60,445 nucleotides of DNA from Patescibacteria group bacterium (GTDB taxonomy: Bacteria > Patescibacteriota > Patescibacteriia > JAXHNJ01). Location of the stretch: the NCBI GenBank assembly GCA_043812155.1, contig JBDRMK010000009.1, positions 1 to 60,445 on the forward strand, given 5' to 3'. A program made the translations under genes and the position numbers. Of the stretch, positions 46,753 to 56,855 are shown piece after piece. Every line of letters begins with the position of its first letter. Position 1 is the first letter of the stretch. Under the pieces are notes generated by a model that had not been told where the DNA came from, did no database searches, and was given only the letters and a program-made list of their open reading frames with translations.

Positions 46753-47769
46753 ATGAAAGAGGCCTTATTATCTGAAAAATTAAAAAATAATCAGGTCAAG
46801 TGCGGACTTTGTCACCACTTTTGCCTGATTAACCCGGGATCCAGGGGTATTTGCGGCGTACGGGAAAACATAGAGGGCAAGCTGTATACCTTAGTTTATG
46901 GCAAAGCCATCAGTGAAGCCATTGATCCGATCGAAAAAAAGCCTTTATTTCATTTTTTGCCGGGAAGCAAGGCCTTATCCTTTGCCGCTTTAGGCTGCAA
47001 TTTCCGCTGTGATAACTGCCAGAATTGGCAAATTTCGCAAGGTTCTAAAGCGGGCGGCGAAATTGCCGGCCAAAACTTGCCCCCGGAAAAGATCGTGGCC
47101 GACGCTTTAAAGAACAAGTGCGCTTCGATCGCTTATACTTACACCGAGCCGACCATTTTCTTTGAATACGCTCTCGACACCATGAAGCTGGCCCAGAAAA
47201 AAGGGCTAAAGAATGTCTTTGTCTCCAACGGCTACATGACTCCTGATTGCCTGAAAATGGCTGAAGGATATCTTGACGCCATAAATGTCGACCTGAAATT
47301 TTTTGACGATAAGGCTTATTTGAAAAATTGCGGCGCTCATTTGGATCCGATCCTTAATAATCTAATCACTTTAAAAAAAATGGGCGTCTGGCTGGAAATA
47401 ACCACCCTTTCTGTCCCCACTCTTTCTGATTCTCCGGTTATGTTTGAAAAAATGGCAAAATTTATTTATGATAAGTTAGGAGCGGAGACTCCCTGGCACA
47501 TTTCGCGGTTTTCCGGCTCGATATCCTATAAGCTCGGGGGTTTGCCGGATACGCCGGTTGAAACCCTGACCCAGGCCAGAGAGATCGGTATGAGAGCCGG
47601 CTTGAAATACGTTTATCTCGGCAATCTTCCTGGCGAAGGCGAAAACACTTCTTGCCCGCAATGCCAGACAATAATTATCGAGCGGCTCGGCTACGAGGTC
47701 GCCAGGCATGATATTAAAGGCCAATGCCCGAAGTGCCATTATCAATTAAAAGGAATATTTATCCCATGA
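46753..47769 (+). CDS. amrS: AmmeMemoRadiSam system radical SAM enzyme
   Basis: DPIEKKPLFHF, GCNFRCDNCQNWQISQ, AYTYTEP. Confidence 0.93.
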   Translation: MKEALLSEKLKNNQVKCGLCHHFCLINPGSRGICGVRENIEGKLYTLVYGKAISEAIDPIEKKPLFHFLPGSKALSFAALGCNFRCDNCQNWQISQGSKAGGEIAGQNLPPEKIVADALKNKCASIAYTYTEPTIFFEYALDTMKLAQKKGLKNVFVSNGYMTPDCLKMAEGYLDAINVDLKFFDDKAYLKNCGAHLDPILNNLITLKKMGVWLEITTLSVPTLSDSPVMFEKMAKFIYDKLGAETPWHISRFSGSISYKLGGLPDTPVETLTQAREIGMRAGLKYVYLGNLPGEGENTSCPQCQTIIIERLGYEVARHDIKGQCPKCHYQLKGIFIP

Positions 47770-49139
47770 AAAAAACGATCGCCATTATTTGCCTGCTTGC
47801 TTCCTTAAGCCCGAACTTGGTTCTGGCCTACGCTTTTGACAAGAATAATATTATCTCGGACAGCGATCTGACGAACTCCAGCGCCATGTCGCTTTCAAGG
47901 ATCCAGGAATTTTTAACGGTCAAGGGCGGGACTCTCGGCCAATACAGCTGCAATGTCAGCGGCACGATAAAATCCGCCGCGGAAATCATCAGCGAGATAG
48001 CCACTGCTTACCGCTTGAACCCTAAGTTCCTTCTGACCACCCTGCAGAAAGAACAGAGCCTGATAACCGACTCCTCCCCTTCGCAAGATCAGTACGACTG
48101 GGCCTTGGGCTACGGCGTCTGCGACAGCTGTTCCAAATCTGATCCGGCTTTGCAGATCTATAAAGGACTTTATAATCAGCTTTACTACGCCGGCAGCCGG
48201 CTGCGAGGCGATTATTATCTCGGGGGCTTGGAAAAATACGGACACACTATTTCCGGCTACGGCCCCGGGATCACTAAAATTGTGGATGGTGAAACCGTCA
48301 CTCCGGCCAATAACGCCACCGCGGTATTGTACACCTACACCCCGCATATTTCCGGCAACCTTTCCTTCTGGAATATCTGGTCGCGCTGGTTTCTGATCAA
48401 ATATCCGAACGGCTCCCTTTTGCGGGTCGCGGGCGAGAATGGCATCTGGCTGATCCGGAACAACAAGCGCTACAATTTCGTTTCCCGCTCCGCTTTCATT
48501 TTCTCTTACGACCCCAAAAAAGTGATCGATGTTTCTTTAAACGACCTCCAGGCTTACGAATACGGCGCCCCGATCAAATTCGCGGATTATAGCCTCCTGC
48601 AGGCCCCTTCCGGCGGCGTTTACCTCTTAGTAAACGGCGAAAAGAGGCCGATTATCTCCCGCGAGGCTTTCCGTAATTTAGGCTACAGTCCGGAAGAAAA
48701 GATAATGGTCACCTGGGATGACCTGGCCGCCTATCCGACCGGCGAAAAAATCACGGCTGACACGACCAACCCGACCGGCGTTCTTCTTCAGGCCAAGGAA
48801 ACCGGCGGTATATATTACATTGCAAACAACCAAAAGCACGCCATTTTTTCCCGGGAGATACTGAACTCGCAATTCAGCCGGCGCAAATGGACCACCGTTC
48901 CCCAAAGTGAGATCGACAAATACGAAAGCGGCGACCCGGTTTACTTCAGGGACGGCGAACTTATTACTTCACCTTCCGCCAACGGCGTATACCTGATCGC
49001 CGACGGCCAAAAGCATCCGATCCCTTCGGCGGAAATTTTCAATCAAATGGGTTTTAAATGGTCCAATATCATCAGAACCACGGATCGGTCCTTGGAGATC
49101 CATCCCTTAGGCGACAAAATTGATTATTTAACCCAGTAA
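47766..49139 (+). CDS. secreted hypothetical protein with a possible lysozyme-like N-domain and C-terminal beta repeats
   Basis: Signal peptide from ATG 47766; LNPKFLLTTLQKEQSL, LYTYTPH; four GxLL...GVYLIxxGxKxPI repeats. Confidence 0.7.
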   Translation: MKKTIAIICLLASLSPNLVLAYAFDKNNIISDSDLTNSSAMSLSRIQEFLTVKGGTLGQYSCNVSGTIKSAAEIISEIATAYRLNPKFLLTTLQKEQSLITDSSPSQDQYDWALGYGVCDSCSKSDPALQIYKGLYNQLYYAGSRLRGDYYLGGLEKYGHTISGYGPGITKIVDGETVTPANNATAVLYTYTPHISGNLSFWNIWSRWFLIKYPNGSLLRVAGENGIWLIRNNKRYNFVSRSAFIFSYDPKKVIDVSLNDLQAYEYGAPIKFADYSLLQAPSGGVYLLVNGEKRPIISREAFRNLGYSPEEKIMVTWDDLAAYPTGEKITADTTNPTGVLLQAKETGGIYYIANNQKHAIFSREILNSQFSRRKWTTVPQSEIDKYESGDPVYFRDGELITSPSANGVYLIADGQKHPIPSAEIFNQMGFKWSNIIRTTDRSLEIHPLGDKIDYLTQ

Positions 49140-49142
49140 TAT

Positions 49143-49934
49143 ATGCTTACTTTCGCGGGGATTTCCCCCCATCCGCCGCTGCTTATACCCAACATCGGAC
49201 AGGAAAACATCAAGCAGGTGGAAAGGACTAAAGCGGCTTTGGAAAAATTGGAACAAGAACTCTACGCCGCCAAACCGGACGCCGTGGTCATAATTTCCCC
49301 CCACTCCCCTGTTATGCCCGACGCTTTTTGCATAAACATCGCGCAAAATTTTTCCGGAAATTTTTCTGAGTTCGGCGACCTGGCCACTAAATTGAATTTT
49401 AGATCTAATCTCGCCTTTTCCCACCGCTTAAAAGAACGCCTGGAAGACCGTCGCTTTTCCGGGCTTTTGATCAACCAGGACAATCTTGATCACGGCGTCC
49501 TGGTGCCTTTATTCTATTTGACGCCTCATTTGCCGGACCTTCCTCTGACCCCCATCAGTTTTTCTCTTCTTGACCTGAAGACCCATTTTGACTTCGGCCG
49601 GATCATTTCCGAAGAGATCCACCAGACCAACCAGAGGATCGCCGTAATCGCCTCCGGCGATCTTTCCCACCGGCTGACCAAAGCCGCTCCCGCCGGCTAT
49701 TCCCAGCAGGGCAAGGTCTTTGACCAAAAACTGATAGAGCTTCTGCAGAAAAAAGAGACCGCGGAAATAATAAGTCTTGACCCGGCCTTGGTGGAAGAAG
49801 CCGGCGAATGCGGTTTGCGCTCAATCATCATTCTGCTCGGCATTTTGAACCAAAAAGAATACCAGCCGGAGATCCTTTCTTATGAAGGGCCTTTCGGCGT
49901 GGGATACCTGGTCGCTAATTTTAAACTCCGCTAA
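49143..49934 (+). CDS. amrB: AmmeMemoRadiSam protein B / MEMO1-LigB family
   Basis: SPHPP, ISPH, DHG, ASGDLSH, ECG, YEGPFGVGY. Confidence 0.85.
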   Translation: MLTFAGISPHPPLLIPNIGQENIKQVERTKAALEKLEQELYAAKPDAVVIISPHSPVMPDAFCINIAQNFSGNFSEFGDLATKLNFRSNLAFSHRLKERLEDRRFSGLLINQDNLDHGVLVPLFYLTPHLPDLPLTPISFSLLDLKTHFDFGRIISEEIHQTNQRIAVIASGDLSHRLTKAAPAGYSQQGKVFDQKLIELLQKKETAEIISLDPALVEEAGECGLRSIIILLGILNQKEYQPEILSYEGPFGVGYLVANFKLR

Positions 49935-49939
49935 ATCCG

Positions 49940-50698
49940 ATGGAAATAATACCCGTAAAAACTCCGCTCATCAAACCCGGGGAGGATCTCGCCCCGCTTT
50001 TTTTGAAGTTGCTGAAAAATCATTCTCTAAAAAATAAGGATATGGTCGTTATTTCCTCAAAGATAATCGCCATTTCCCAAAACCGGCTGGTGAAATTAAA
50101 TCAAATAAAACCCCGGCCTTCTGCTTACGCTTTAAGCCGAAAATATGCCCTAACACCGGAATTCTGTGAACTGGTCATCAGGGAGTCGGATAAGATCGTC
50201 GGCGGAGTGAAAAAAGCGATCTTAACTCTTAAAAACGGGATGGCCGTGGCCAATGCCGGAATTGATCTTTCTAATGTAAAATCAGGCCTAGCCGTTCTCT
50301 GGCCGTCTAAACCTGCAATATACCTAGACAAGCTAAAAAAGGGCTTGGAACGTCGTTTTAAAGCGAAAATCGGGCTTATAGCCGCTGATTCCCATTGCAG
50401 CCCCCTCCGTTTAGGTACCCGCGGGGTAGCCCTGGCTATTGCCGGCTTTAACGGAATTATTGATGAAAGAGGAAAAAAGGATCTGTTCGGCAAGAAAATG
50501 CGGATCACCCGGGTCGGTCTGGCCGATGAACTGGCCAGCGCCGCGGCCAGCCTGATGGGCGAAAGAGATCAAAAAGTGCCGATAGTCATCATCCGCCGGG
50601 CGCCGCTCACGCTCTCAAATAAATCCAGCCAAAGCCTCACTCGGAAACTTCTGATAAAACCCTCTGCTTGTCTTTTTAAGAATTATCAGGTAAAATAA
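49940..50698 (+). CDS. cofE: CofE-like (coenzyme F420-0:L-glutamate ligase family) protein
   Basis: ISSK, ANAGIDLSN, DSH..PLRLG, DLFG motifs. Confidence 0.75.
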   Translation: MEIIPVKTPLIKPGEDLAPLFLKLLKNHSLKNKDMVVISSKIIAISQNRLVKLNQIKPRPSAYALSRKYALTPEFCELVIRESDKIVGGVKKAILTLKNGMAVANAGIDLSNVKSGLAVLWPSKPAIYLDKLKKGLERRFKAKIGLIAADSHCSPLRLGTRGVALAIAGFNGIIDERGKKDLFGKKMRITRVGLADELASAAASLMGERDQKVPIVIIRRAPLTLSNKSSQSLTRKLLIKPSACLFKNYQVK

Positions 50699-50725
50699 CC
50701 GCGCTGATCAATAATCATCTCCCAT

Positions 50726-51418
50726 ATGAAAAAATTAAATAAACATTCAGTAATATTTCTTATTATTTTTATCGGCTTAGGTTTAGTGTTCTTGCGAATC
50801 CCCTTTTCCGGTATTGTCGGCTCCAGTCAAAGCTTCACTCTTTTTGATTATATAGGACCGACCACCGGACTTTTCTTAGGGCCTTTATTCGGCGCCCTTT
50901 CCATTTTCCTGGTCAAGATATTCAACACGTTATTGGGCGGGCAGAGTTTAGACTTTATTTCCATCCTAAGATTTTTACCCATGATGTTGGCCGCAGTTTA
51001 TTTAGGAACAAAAACAAAAAAGAATATTATCATCCCCTTGCTTTGCCTGATTTTGTTCATCGCCCATCCTCAAGGCCGGATCGCCTGGTACTATTCTCTC
51101 TACTGGCTGATCCCGGTATTCGCCGTCTTTAAAAAGAACCGCTTGATTTTTAACGCCCTGGGCGCCACTTTTACCGCCCACGCTGTGGGCTCGGTTATTT
51201 TCTTGTACGCTTTCAATCTGCCGGCGGCGGTCTGGATCAGTCTGATCCCTATTGTGGCGATTGAGCGGAGTTTATTTACCTTAGGCATCTGGGTCAGCTA
51301 TCCGGTCTTCAACACCATTTTGGAAAAACTTGACGTTAAATTCCATCTACCAGCTTTAAAGCGCCTGACCAATCCCAATTACGTTTACTCCAAAAAATTC
51401 TTCCGGCAGTACGCCTAG
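50726..51418 (+). CDS. integral membrane protein (possible ECF S-component-like)
   Basis: About 6-7 TMs with GxFLGPxFGA and TFTAHAVG; followed by hairpin aaacactct...agagtgttt at 51434-51461. Confidence 0.55.
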   Translation: MKKLNKHSVIFLIIFIGLGLVFLRIPFSGIVGSSQSFTLFDYIGPTTGLFLGPLFGALSIFLVKIFNTLLGGQSLDFISILRFLPMMLAAVYLGTKTKKNIIIPLLCLILFIAHPQGRIAWYYSLYWLIPVFAVFKKNRLIFNALGATFTAHAVGSVIFLYAFNLPAAVWISLIPIVAIERSLFTLGIWVSYPVFNTILEKLDVKFHLPALKRLTNPNYVYSKKFFRQYA

Positions 51419-51494
51419 TAAATCATACTTGCCAAACACTCTTTTCCCAAAGAGTGTTTTTGTTAAACAGGAGCAAAAATGATACAATTTAAAC

Positions 51495-52016
51495 ATGGAT
51501 AAATACGTGGCCTTGGCAAAAAAAACGATCGAAGCTTTTATCAAAACCGGCCAAATAATCAAGGTGCCGGCTGATCTGCCTGAAGGCTTATTAAAAGAAA
51601 AAGCCGGGGTTTTTGTTTCCCTGCACCGGAAATCCGACCGTTCTTTGCGCGGCTGTATCGGCACCTTCCAGCCAACCAAAGAAAATATCGCTTTGGAAAT
51701 TATTTCCAACGCGGTTTCCGCGGCCTTCCGCGATCCGCGCTTCAACCCCATAAAGTCGGAGGAATTGGAAGACTTGGAGATCAATGTCGATGTTTTGACT
51801 TCTCCGGAACCGGTTGATGACATAAAACTCTTGGACGCCAAGAAATACGGAGTTATCGTCAAGACCGAGGACGGACGGGCCGGCCTTCTTTTGCCGGATC
51901 TTGAAGGCGTGGAATCGCCCCAGGAACAGATTGATATCTGCGGCCAGAAAGGCGGCATAGACCCTGAGAATGAGAAGATTTCTCTTCTTAGATTCAGAGT
52001 GGAAAGGCATAAATAA
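51495..52016 (+). CDS. amrA: AmmeMemoRadiSam protein A (AMMECR1 domain)
   Basis: GVFVSL, LRGCIG, AAFRDPRF, GLLLP. Confidence 0.92.
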   Translation: MDKYVALAKKTIEAFIKTGQIIKVPADLPEGLLKEKAGVFVSLHRKSDRSLRGCIGTFQPTKENIALEIISNAVSAAFRDPRFNPIKSEELEDLEINVDVLTSPEPVDDIKLLDAKKYGVIVKTEDGRAGLLLPDLEGVESPQEQIDICGQKGGIDPENEKISLLRFRVERHK

Positions 52017-52017
52017 C

Positions 52018-53910
52018 ATGTTCGCGGAAATTTTACCTTTAAGAAAAATGCCGAAAAACCTGGATTACTTCGATTACCAGGTGCCTTTGAATTTAAAAAG
52101 TAAAATCAAATTAGGCCAGGTGGTCAGCGTGCCTTTTCGTCATCAAAATTTAAAAGGGATCGTCTTCCGGCTTAAACAAAAAACTGAATTTAAAAATGTT
52201 AAGGAGGTAACCAGTATTATCCAGAAAGAGCCGATTCTAACCTCTCAGCAAATTAAGTTGGCCACTTTTGTCGCGGATTATTATCTTGCCTCGCTGGCCA
52301 CGGTTTTAAAACAGATGGCGCCGCCGATTCTTAAAAAACCGCGGGCCGCCAAACTATCCGGCATCATCTCCCGGATAAAAACGAAGAAAATGCCGGAAAT
52401 TGAAAATTTAGCTGATGAAGTCATTGCCTCCAGCCACGATAAATTTCTCTTTTTTTATCAGTCGCCTGGGCAAAGGCTGTCTTTTTTGCAGAAATTAACC
52501 CTGGATTTTCCCAAAAAAGGAAACCAGGTATTATTAATATTTCCGGAAATAGTTGATCTTGAAAATTTTATTCGATACCTTCCGGGAAAATTGGCGGAAA
52601 AAACCGTCAGCATCCACCACCTGCTTTCTGATTCCGTTTTTGCCTCGATCTATTCTGAAATAAAAAGCGGACAAGCGAAAATAATCCTGGGCACGCCGCA
52701 AAGTATTTTTCTTCCCTTTAAAAAACTCGGATTGGTAATCATTGACCAGGAAGAAAACCAGAATCACAAACAGTCAGAGCAAAATCCGCGCTTTTCGGAC
52801 AAAACCGCGGCGGAAGAACTGGTTAAGCTGTTCCCGGCCAAGCTGGTTTTAATTACCGTTTCCCCAAATATAGAAACGTACTTCAAGACGCTTAACAAAG
52901 AATATTCCCTGATAAAAACTCCGGCGAAAACAAAAGATATACGCCTGACAGACCTAAGAAGGCAAGCCAGCGGCACGGTTATCTCCTCAGATCTAAAAAA
53001 TGAAATCGAAGTAACCCTGAAAAATCATGGCCGGGTATTTTTATTCCATAACCGCCGGGGCTTTTCCCGGGCCTTGATCTGTTCCGATTGCGGCCGGACT
53101 TCCCTTTGCCCCCGCTGCCAGGTTCCTTTCACTTTCCATGAGGAAAATCATTCTTCTTATCTGCTCTGTCATCGCTGCGGCCAAAAACAAGACCGGCATT
53201 TGGCCTGCCCTAACTGCCAGGGCGTGAATTTAAAGAATATCGGCTTTGGCACGGAAAAAGTGGAGAACGTTCTGAAAGAACTTTACCCGCAGGCCAGGAT
53301 CGGCCGTTTTGAGGGTAAACTGGCGACCAACCTTGATTTAGGCAGGTACGATATCATTGTTTCCACCCATCTCACTTTTAAGCACGTCGATTGGGAAAAA
53401 ATCAGTTTGATCGGCGTTATTTCCGCCGACTCCTTGCTTCATCTGCCGGATTTCCGGGTCCAGGAAAAAACATTCCAGCTGCTCTCGCGCTTATTAAGCT
53501 ATTCTTTTTCAAACATAAAAAGCCAGCTGCTGATTCAAACCTATAATCCGGAAAATCCGGCCTTAAAGTTTTTCCCCGGTCGCTTTGACGCTTTTTTCCG
53601 GGAAGAATTAAAAACCCGCAAAGAATTCAAATATCCGCCGTTTGTCAGGCTGATTAAACTATCCAGTCAAAACCCCTCCCCTTCCATGGCTTTAGATCAG
53701 GCAAAAAACGTTTTTAATTATTTGAAGAATAATGCCAATTTTTCCGTTAGCCCTCCCCTGCCGGCTTTTATATTTGAACGCTTCGGCCAATTCCGCTACC
53801 ACTTGGTCTTAAAATTAAATGAGCCGGCCAGCCCGGCCCGGTTAAAAGACTGGCTGAAAATAGTCCCGGCTAACTGGCTTATTGACGTGGATCCGGAAAA
53901 TCTTCTTTAA
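52018..53910 (+). CDS. priA: primosomal protein N' (degenerate helicase motifs)
   Basis: FDY N-terminus, NRRG..CxxC..CxxC..CxxC..CxxC Zn region, GTEKV, PDFR, YPPF; Walker A missing. Confidence 0.85.
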   Translation: MFAEILPLRKMPKNLDYFDYQVPLNLKSKIKLGQVVSVPFRHQNLKGIVFRLKQKTEFKNVKEVTSIIQKEPILTSQQIKLATFVADYYLASLATVLKQMAPPILKKPRAAKLSGIISRIKTKKMPEIENLADEVIASSHDKFLFFYQSPGQRLSFLQKLTLDFPKKGNQVLLIFPEIVDLENFIRYLPGKLAEKTVSIHHLLSDSVFASIYSEIKSGQAKIILGTPQSIFLPFKKLGLVIIDQEENQNHKQSEQNPRFSDKTAAEELVKLFPAKLVLITVSPNIETYFKTLNKEYSLIKTPAKTKDIRLTDLRRQASGTVISSDLKNEIEVTLKNHGRVFLFHNRRGFSRALICSDCGRTSLCPRCQVPFTFHEENHSSYLLCHRCGQKQDRHLACPNCQGVNLKNIGFGTEKVENVLKELYPQARIGRFEGKLATNLDLGRYDIIVSTHLTFKHVDWEKISLIGVISADSLLHLPDFRVQEKTFQLLSRLLSYSFSNIKSQLLIQTYNPENPALKFFPGRFDAFFREELKTRKEFKYPPFVRLIKLSSQNPSPSMALDQAKNVFNYLKNNANFSVSPPLPAFIFERFGQFRYHLVLKLNEPASPARLKDWLKIVPANWLIDVDPENLL

Positions 53911-53949
53911 ATTTTCTTTAAAGCCGATTTTTGCTATAATTATAACCAT

Positions 53950-54426
53950 ATGGCTAAACTGACGATCTATAAGGATGGCAGCCCCATCTTAAGAAAAAAA
54001 GCAACGAGCGTAAATAAGCTGGATAAGGCTGTTTTCAAATTTGCCAACGACATGGCAGAAACCATGGAAAAAGAAAATGGGATCGGCTTGGCCGCGCCCC
54101 AGGTTGGAAAATCATGGCGCCTGATCTGCGTCAAAGCCAAGCAAGGACCCTTAGTTTTTATCAATCCTTTGATCATCAAAAAATCCTTCCGGAAAAATGC
54201 GGCCGAGGAAGGGTGCTTGAGCGTCCCGGGCATTTTTGGCCGGGTTAAAAGACATAATAGCCTCATTTTGTCCGCTCAAGGCCTTTCTAATGAAATAATA
54301 AAACTCAAGGCCAAAGGATTGATGGCTCGGGTCATCCAGCATGAAATTGACCACTTGGACGGAATATTATTTACGGATAAAGTGGAGAAAGGGGAAAAAA
54401 GTGACAAAGACCAAAGAAGAATATAG
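53950..54426 (+). CDS. def: peptide deformylase
   Basis: GIGLAAPQ, EGCLS, QHEIDH. Confidence 0.97.
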   Translation: MAKLTIYKDGSPILRKKATSVNKLDKAVFKFANDMAETMEKENGIGLAAPQVGKSWRLICVKAKQGPLVFINPLIIKKSFRKNAAEEGCLSVPGIFGRVKRHNSLILSAQGLSNEIIKLKAKGLMARVIQHEIDHLDGILFTDKVEKGEKSDKDQRRI

Positions 54427-55348
54427 GATTATTTTTTTTGGCACGCCGGATTTCGCCGTTCCCCCTTTAGAAGCTCTGATAAGCCAAAATTATGAGGTCG
54501 TGGCCTGCGTCACGAAACCGGACACTACAAAAGGCCGCGATTTGAAATTATCGGCCTCGCCGGTCAAAAATCTGGCTTTAAAGCATAATATCCCGGTCCT
54601 TCAGCCGGATAAAATAAAAGATGATAATTTTTATCAGGCCATAAAAAATTTAAGGCCCGATATTATAATTGTCGTGGCCTACGGAAAAATCCTCCCCCTC
54701 TCCATTCTAGAAATACCTTTTTTAGGCTGTCTTAATATTCATGCTTCACTCTTGCCCTTTTACCGCGGTCCCTCCCCAATCCATTACGCTCTTCTTAATC
54801 AGGAAAAAGAAACCGGCCTCACCTTGATGAAAATGGACGAACATATGGACACCGGCCCGATCCTCTGCCAGGAAAAAATAAAAATATCGGAAAATGACGA
54901 TTTTGAATCCTTGCATAATAAACTGGCCAAACTAGGGGCGAAATTATTGATTGAGACTTTGCCCTTATACTTAAATAATAAGATAAGGCCGCGGCCGCAA
55001 AATGAATCCCAGGCCACTTACACCAAGATCATAAAAAAGGAGGATGGACGTTTGGATTTTAACCGGCCGGCCTCGGTGCTGGCGGGAAAAATCAGGGCCT
55101 CTAATCCCTGGCCGGGCGCTTTTTGCGTCTGGCAGGGAAAAAACCTGAAAATATTGAAAGCCTCCGTTCTTCAGGAAAAATCAGAGGGACATCCGGGCCA
55201 GGTTATGATTAATAATGGCAAAATATTTGTTTCCACTGAGGATAAAATGCTGGAAATAAAAACTCTCCAGCTTGAAGCCCGGAAGGTCTTGAGCGCGAAA
55301 GATTTTGTCATTGGCTATCCTGAAATTAAAGAGGCGGTCTTGACTTAA
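54401..55348 (+). CDS. fmt: methionyl-tRNA formyltransferase
   Basis: FFGTPDFA, VVAYG, NIHASLLP.YRG, MDTG; start placed at GTG 54401. Confidence 0.95.
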   Translation: MTKTKEEYRIIFFGTPDFAVPPLEALISQNYEVVACVTKPDTTKGRDLKLSASPVKNLALKHNIPVLQPDKIKDDNFYQAIKNLRPDIIIVVAYGKILPLSILEIPFLGCLNIHASLLPFYRGPSPIHYALLNQEKETGLTLMKMDEHMDTGPILCQEKIKISENDDFESLHNKLAKLGAKLLIETLPLYLNNKIRPRPQNESQATYTKIIKKEDGRLDFNRPASVLAGKIRASNPWPGAFCVWQGKNLKILKASVLQEKSEGHPGQVMINNGKIFVSTEDKMLEIKTLQLEARKVLSAKDFVIGYPEIKEAVLT

Positions 55349-56853
55349 TTGTGCCTGACTTTTTTCGTTGATTGAAAACCCAGGTATTTGCCGAGCATCA
55401 AACGCGTCTGGGCGTCCGTGGCCGGGATAGAACCGAATATTATCATGCTTACCGGGAATAATATCCACTGCAGCAGCATCAGGGGGTATTTCAAGCGGGA
55501 ATGTTTTTTTGGCTTGGGCGGCAGAATGACCAGGCTTAAAATGGCGGAAACAAACAAGCCGAAAGTGGCCGCCCCCATCAGCCAGCCCAAAATAGAAGGA
55601 GCGTTCTGGACCAGCGGACTGAATTTTTCCGGACGCTCAAAATGATGGATGACCCAAACCGGCAAACGCCCTAAAATGAAGATAAGAATAGGGGCGGTCG
55701 CCCAGGAATAAACGCCTTCCAGCTGATTCCAAAGGTAGCGCAGTTTCGACCCCAGCCGGATCTTATTATTGGGAAAAAAATTCCAGAACATGAAAGGAAA
55801 ATTTTCCACGCCGTAGGCCCAGCGGCGCTGCTGCTTATAAAGGTTTTTAAAGCTTTCCCAAAAATTAGCGCCTAAGACCGTATCCATGGAGATGGGGATA
55901 TACATGGGCAAAACCCGGTAATCGCCGTCATACCGGATAAACCCTTGGATAAAAATCCTGGAATCCTCGGTGACGATGTCCGACTGCCAAAAATCCACGT
56001 CCACTAAAGCCTTAAAGCTCATGGAATGCGAGGCAAAGGTGAATAGTCTTTCGGGCCGCAAGGTTTCGCTCATCAGCCAGAAAGTCGTGCTGTTTGAGGC
56101 CACCCGCATCAGGGCCGGCGAATCCCAGATATTATTATTAAATAAGGGAATCGGCTGATAGCTGGTTCGGGTGGGTTTCTCCACCGTTAAATATTTATGG
56201 GTCAGGTATGAAAAATATTCCGGATGAACGCAGGTGTCCACGTCAAAGGAAGAAACCACGATATTTTCATAAGGAATTTGCCTCTCGTCAAGCCAAATTT
56301 TTGCCTGACGGCCGGCATAAGCGATATTGGAACCTTTTCCCGCCACTTCGCCCGGCACGTCTTTGGGATGCCGGGTCCAAATGAATTTAAAGAAAGATTG
56401 TCCGAATTCCTGCTCAATTATCTTCGCTTTATTTATCGCCTCTTCCCCTTCTTTATCTTCAAAAGCCAGAACGACGATCAGCTTATTTAAGGGGTATGAT
56501 ATTTGTTTTAAATATTTTAAGGAGGTGCGGATGATATTGATATCGTCTTTGTATGTGGCAATGACGATCAAATGATAAACGTTTTCAAAATTTGCAATTT
56601 TCCGGCAGACCGAGAGCCAATCCACCTTAATCTCGCGCCGGTAGCGGCGGTAAGCGATTATTAAATATACAAAGATATAAAAAACCCGGATCAGCCAATA
56701 CAGGTCAAAAAAGATGATAAAATATATGACCCATAGGGGTTTTATAAATGATACTACAATAGCCAGGAAAAAGGTCAGCCAGATAGAAAATCCCGGGATT
56801 ATTTCTAATATCCGGTATTTAGTATGATCGGAGATTTTGGCCCAGAAACGCAT
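55345..56853 (-). CDS. membrane-bound GT2-family glycosyltransferase
   Basis: GKGSN, DVD, TED and QQRRW processive GT2 motifs with flanking TMs. Confidence 0.85.
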   Translation of the reverse strand: MRFWAKISDHTKYRILEIIPGFSIWLTFFLAIVVSFIKPLWVIYFIIFFDLYWLIRVFYIFVYLIIAYRRYRREIKVDWLSVCRKIANFENVYHLIVIATYKDDINIIRTSLKYLKQISYPLNKLIVVLAFEDKEGEEAINKAKIIEQEFGQSFFKFIWTRHPKDVPGEVAGKGSNIAYAGRQAKIWLDERQIPYENIVVSSFDVDTCVHPEYFSYLTHKYLTVEKPTRTSYQPIPLFNNNIWDSPALMRVASNSTTFWLMSETLRPERLFTFASHSMSFKALVDVDFWQSDIVTEDSRIFIQGFIRYDGDYRVLPMYIPISMDTVLGANFWESFKNLYKQQRRWAYGVENFPFMFWNFFPNNKIRLGSKLRYLWNQLEGVYSWATAPILIFILGRLPVWVIHHFERPEKFSPLVQNAPSILGWLMGAATFGLFVSAILSLVILPPKPKKHSRLKYPLMLLQWILFPVSMIIFGSIPATDAQTRLMLGKYLGFQSTKKVRHN

Positions 56854-56855
56854 AT

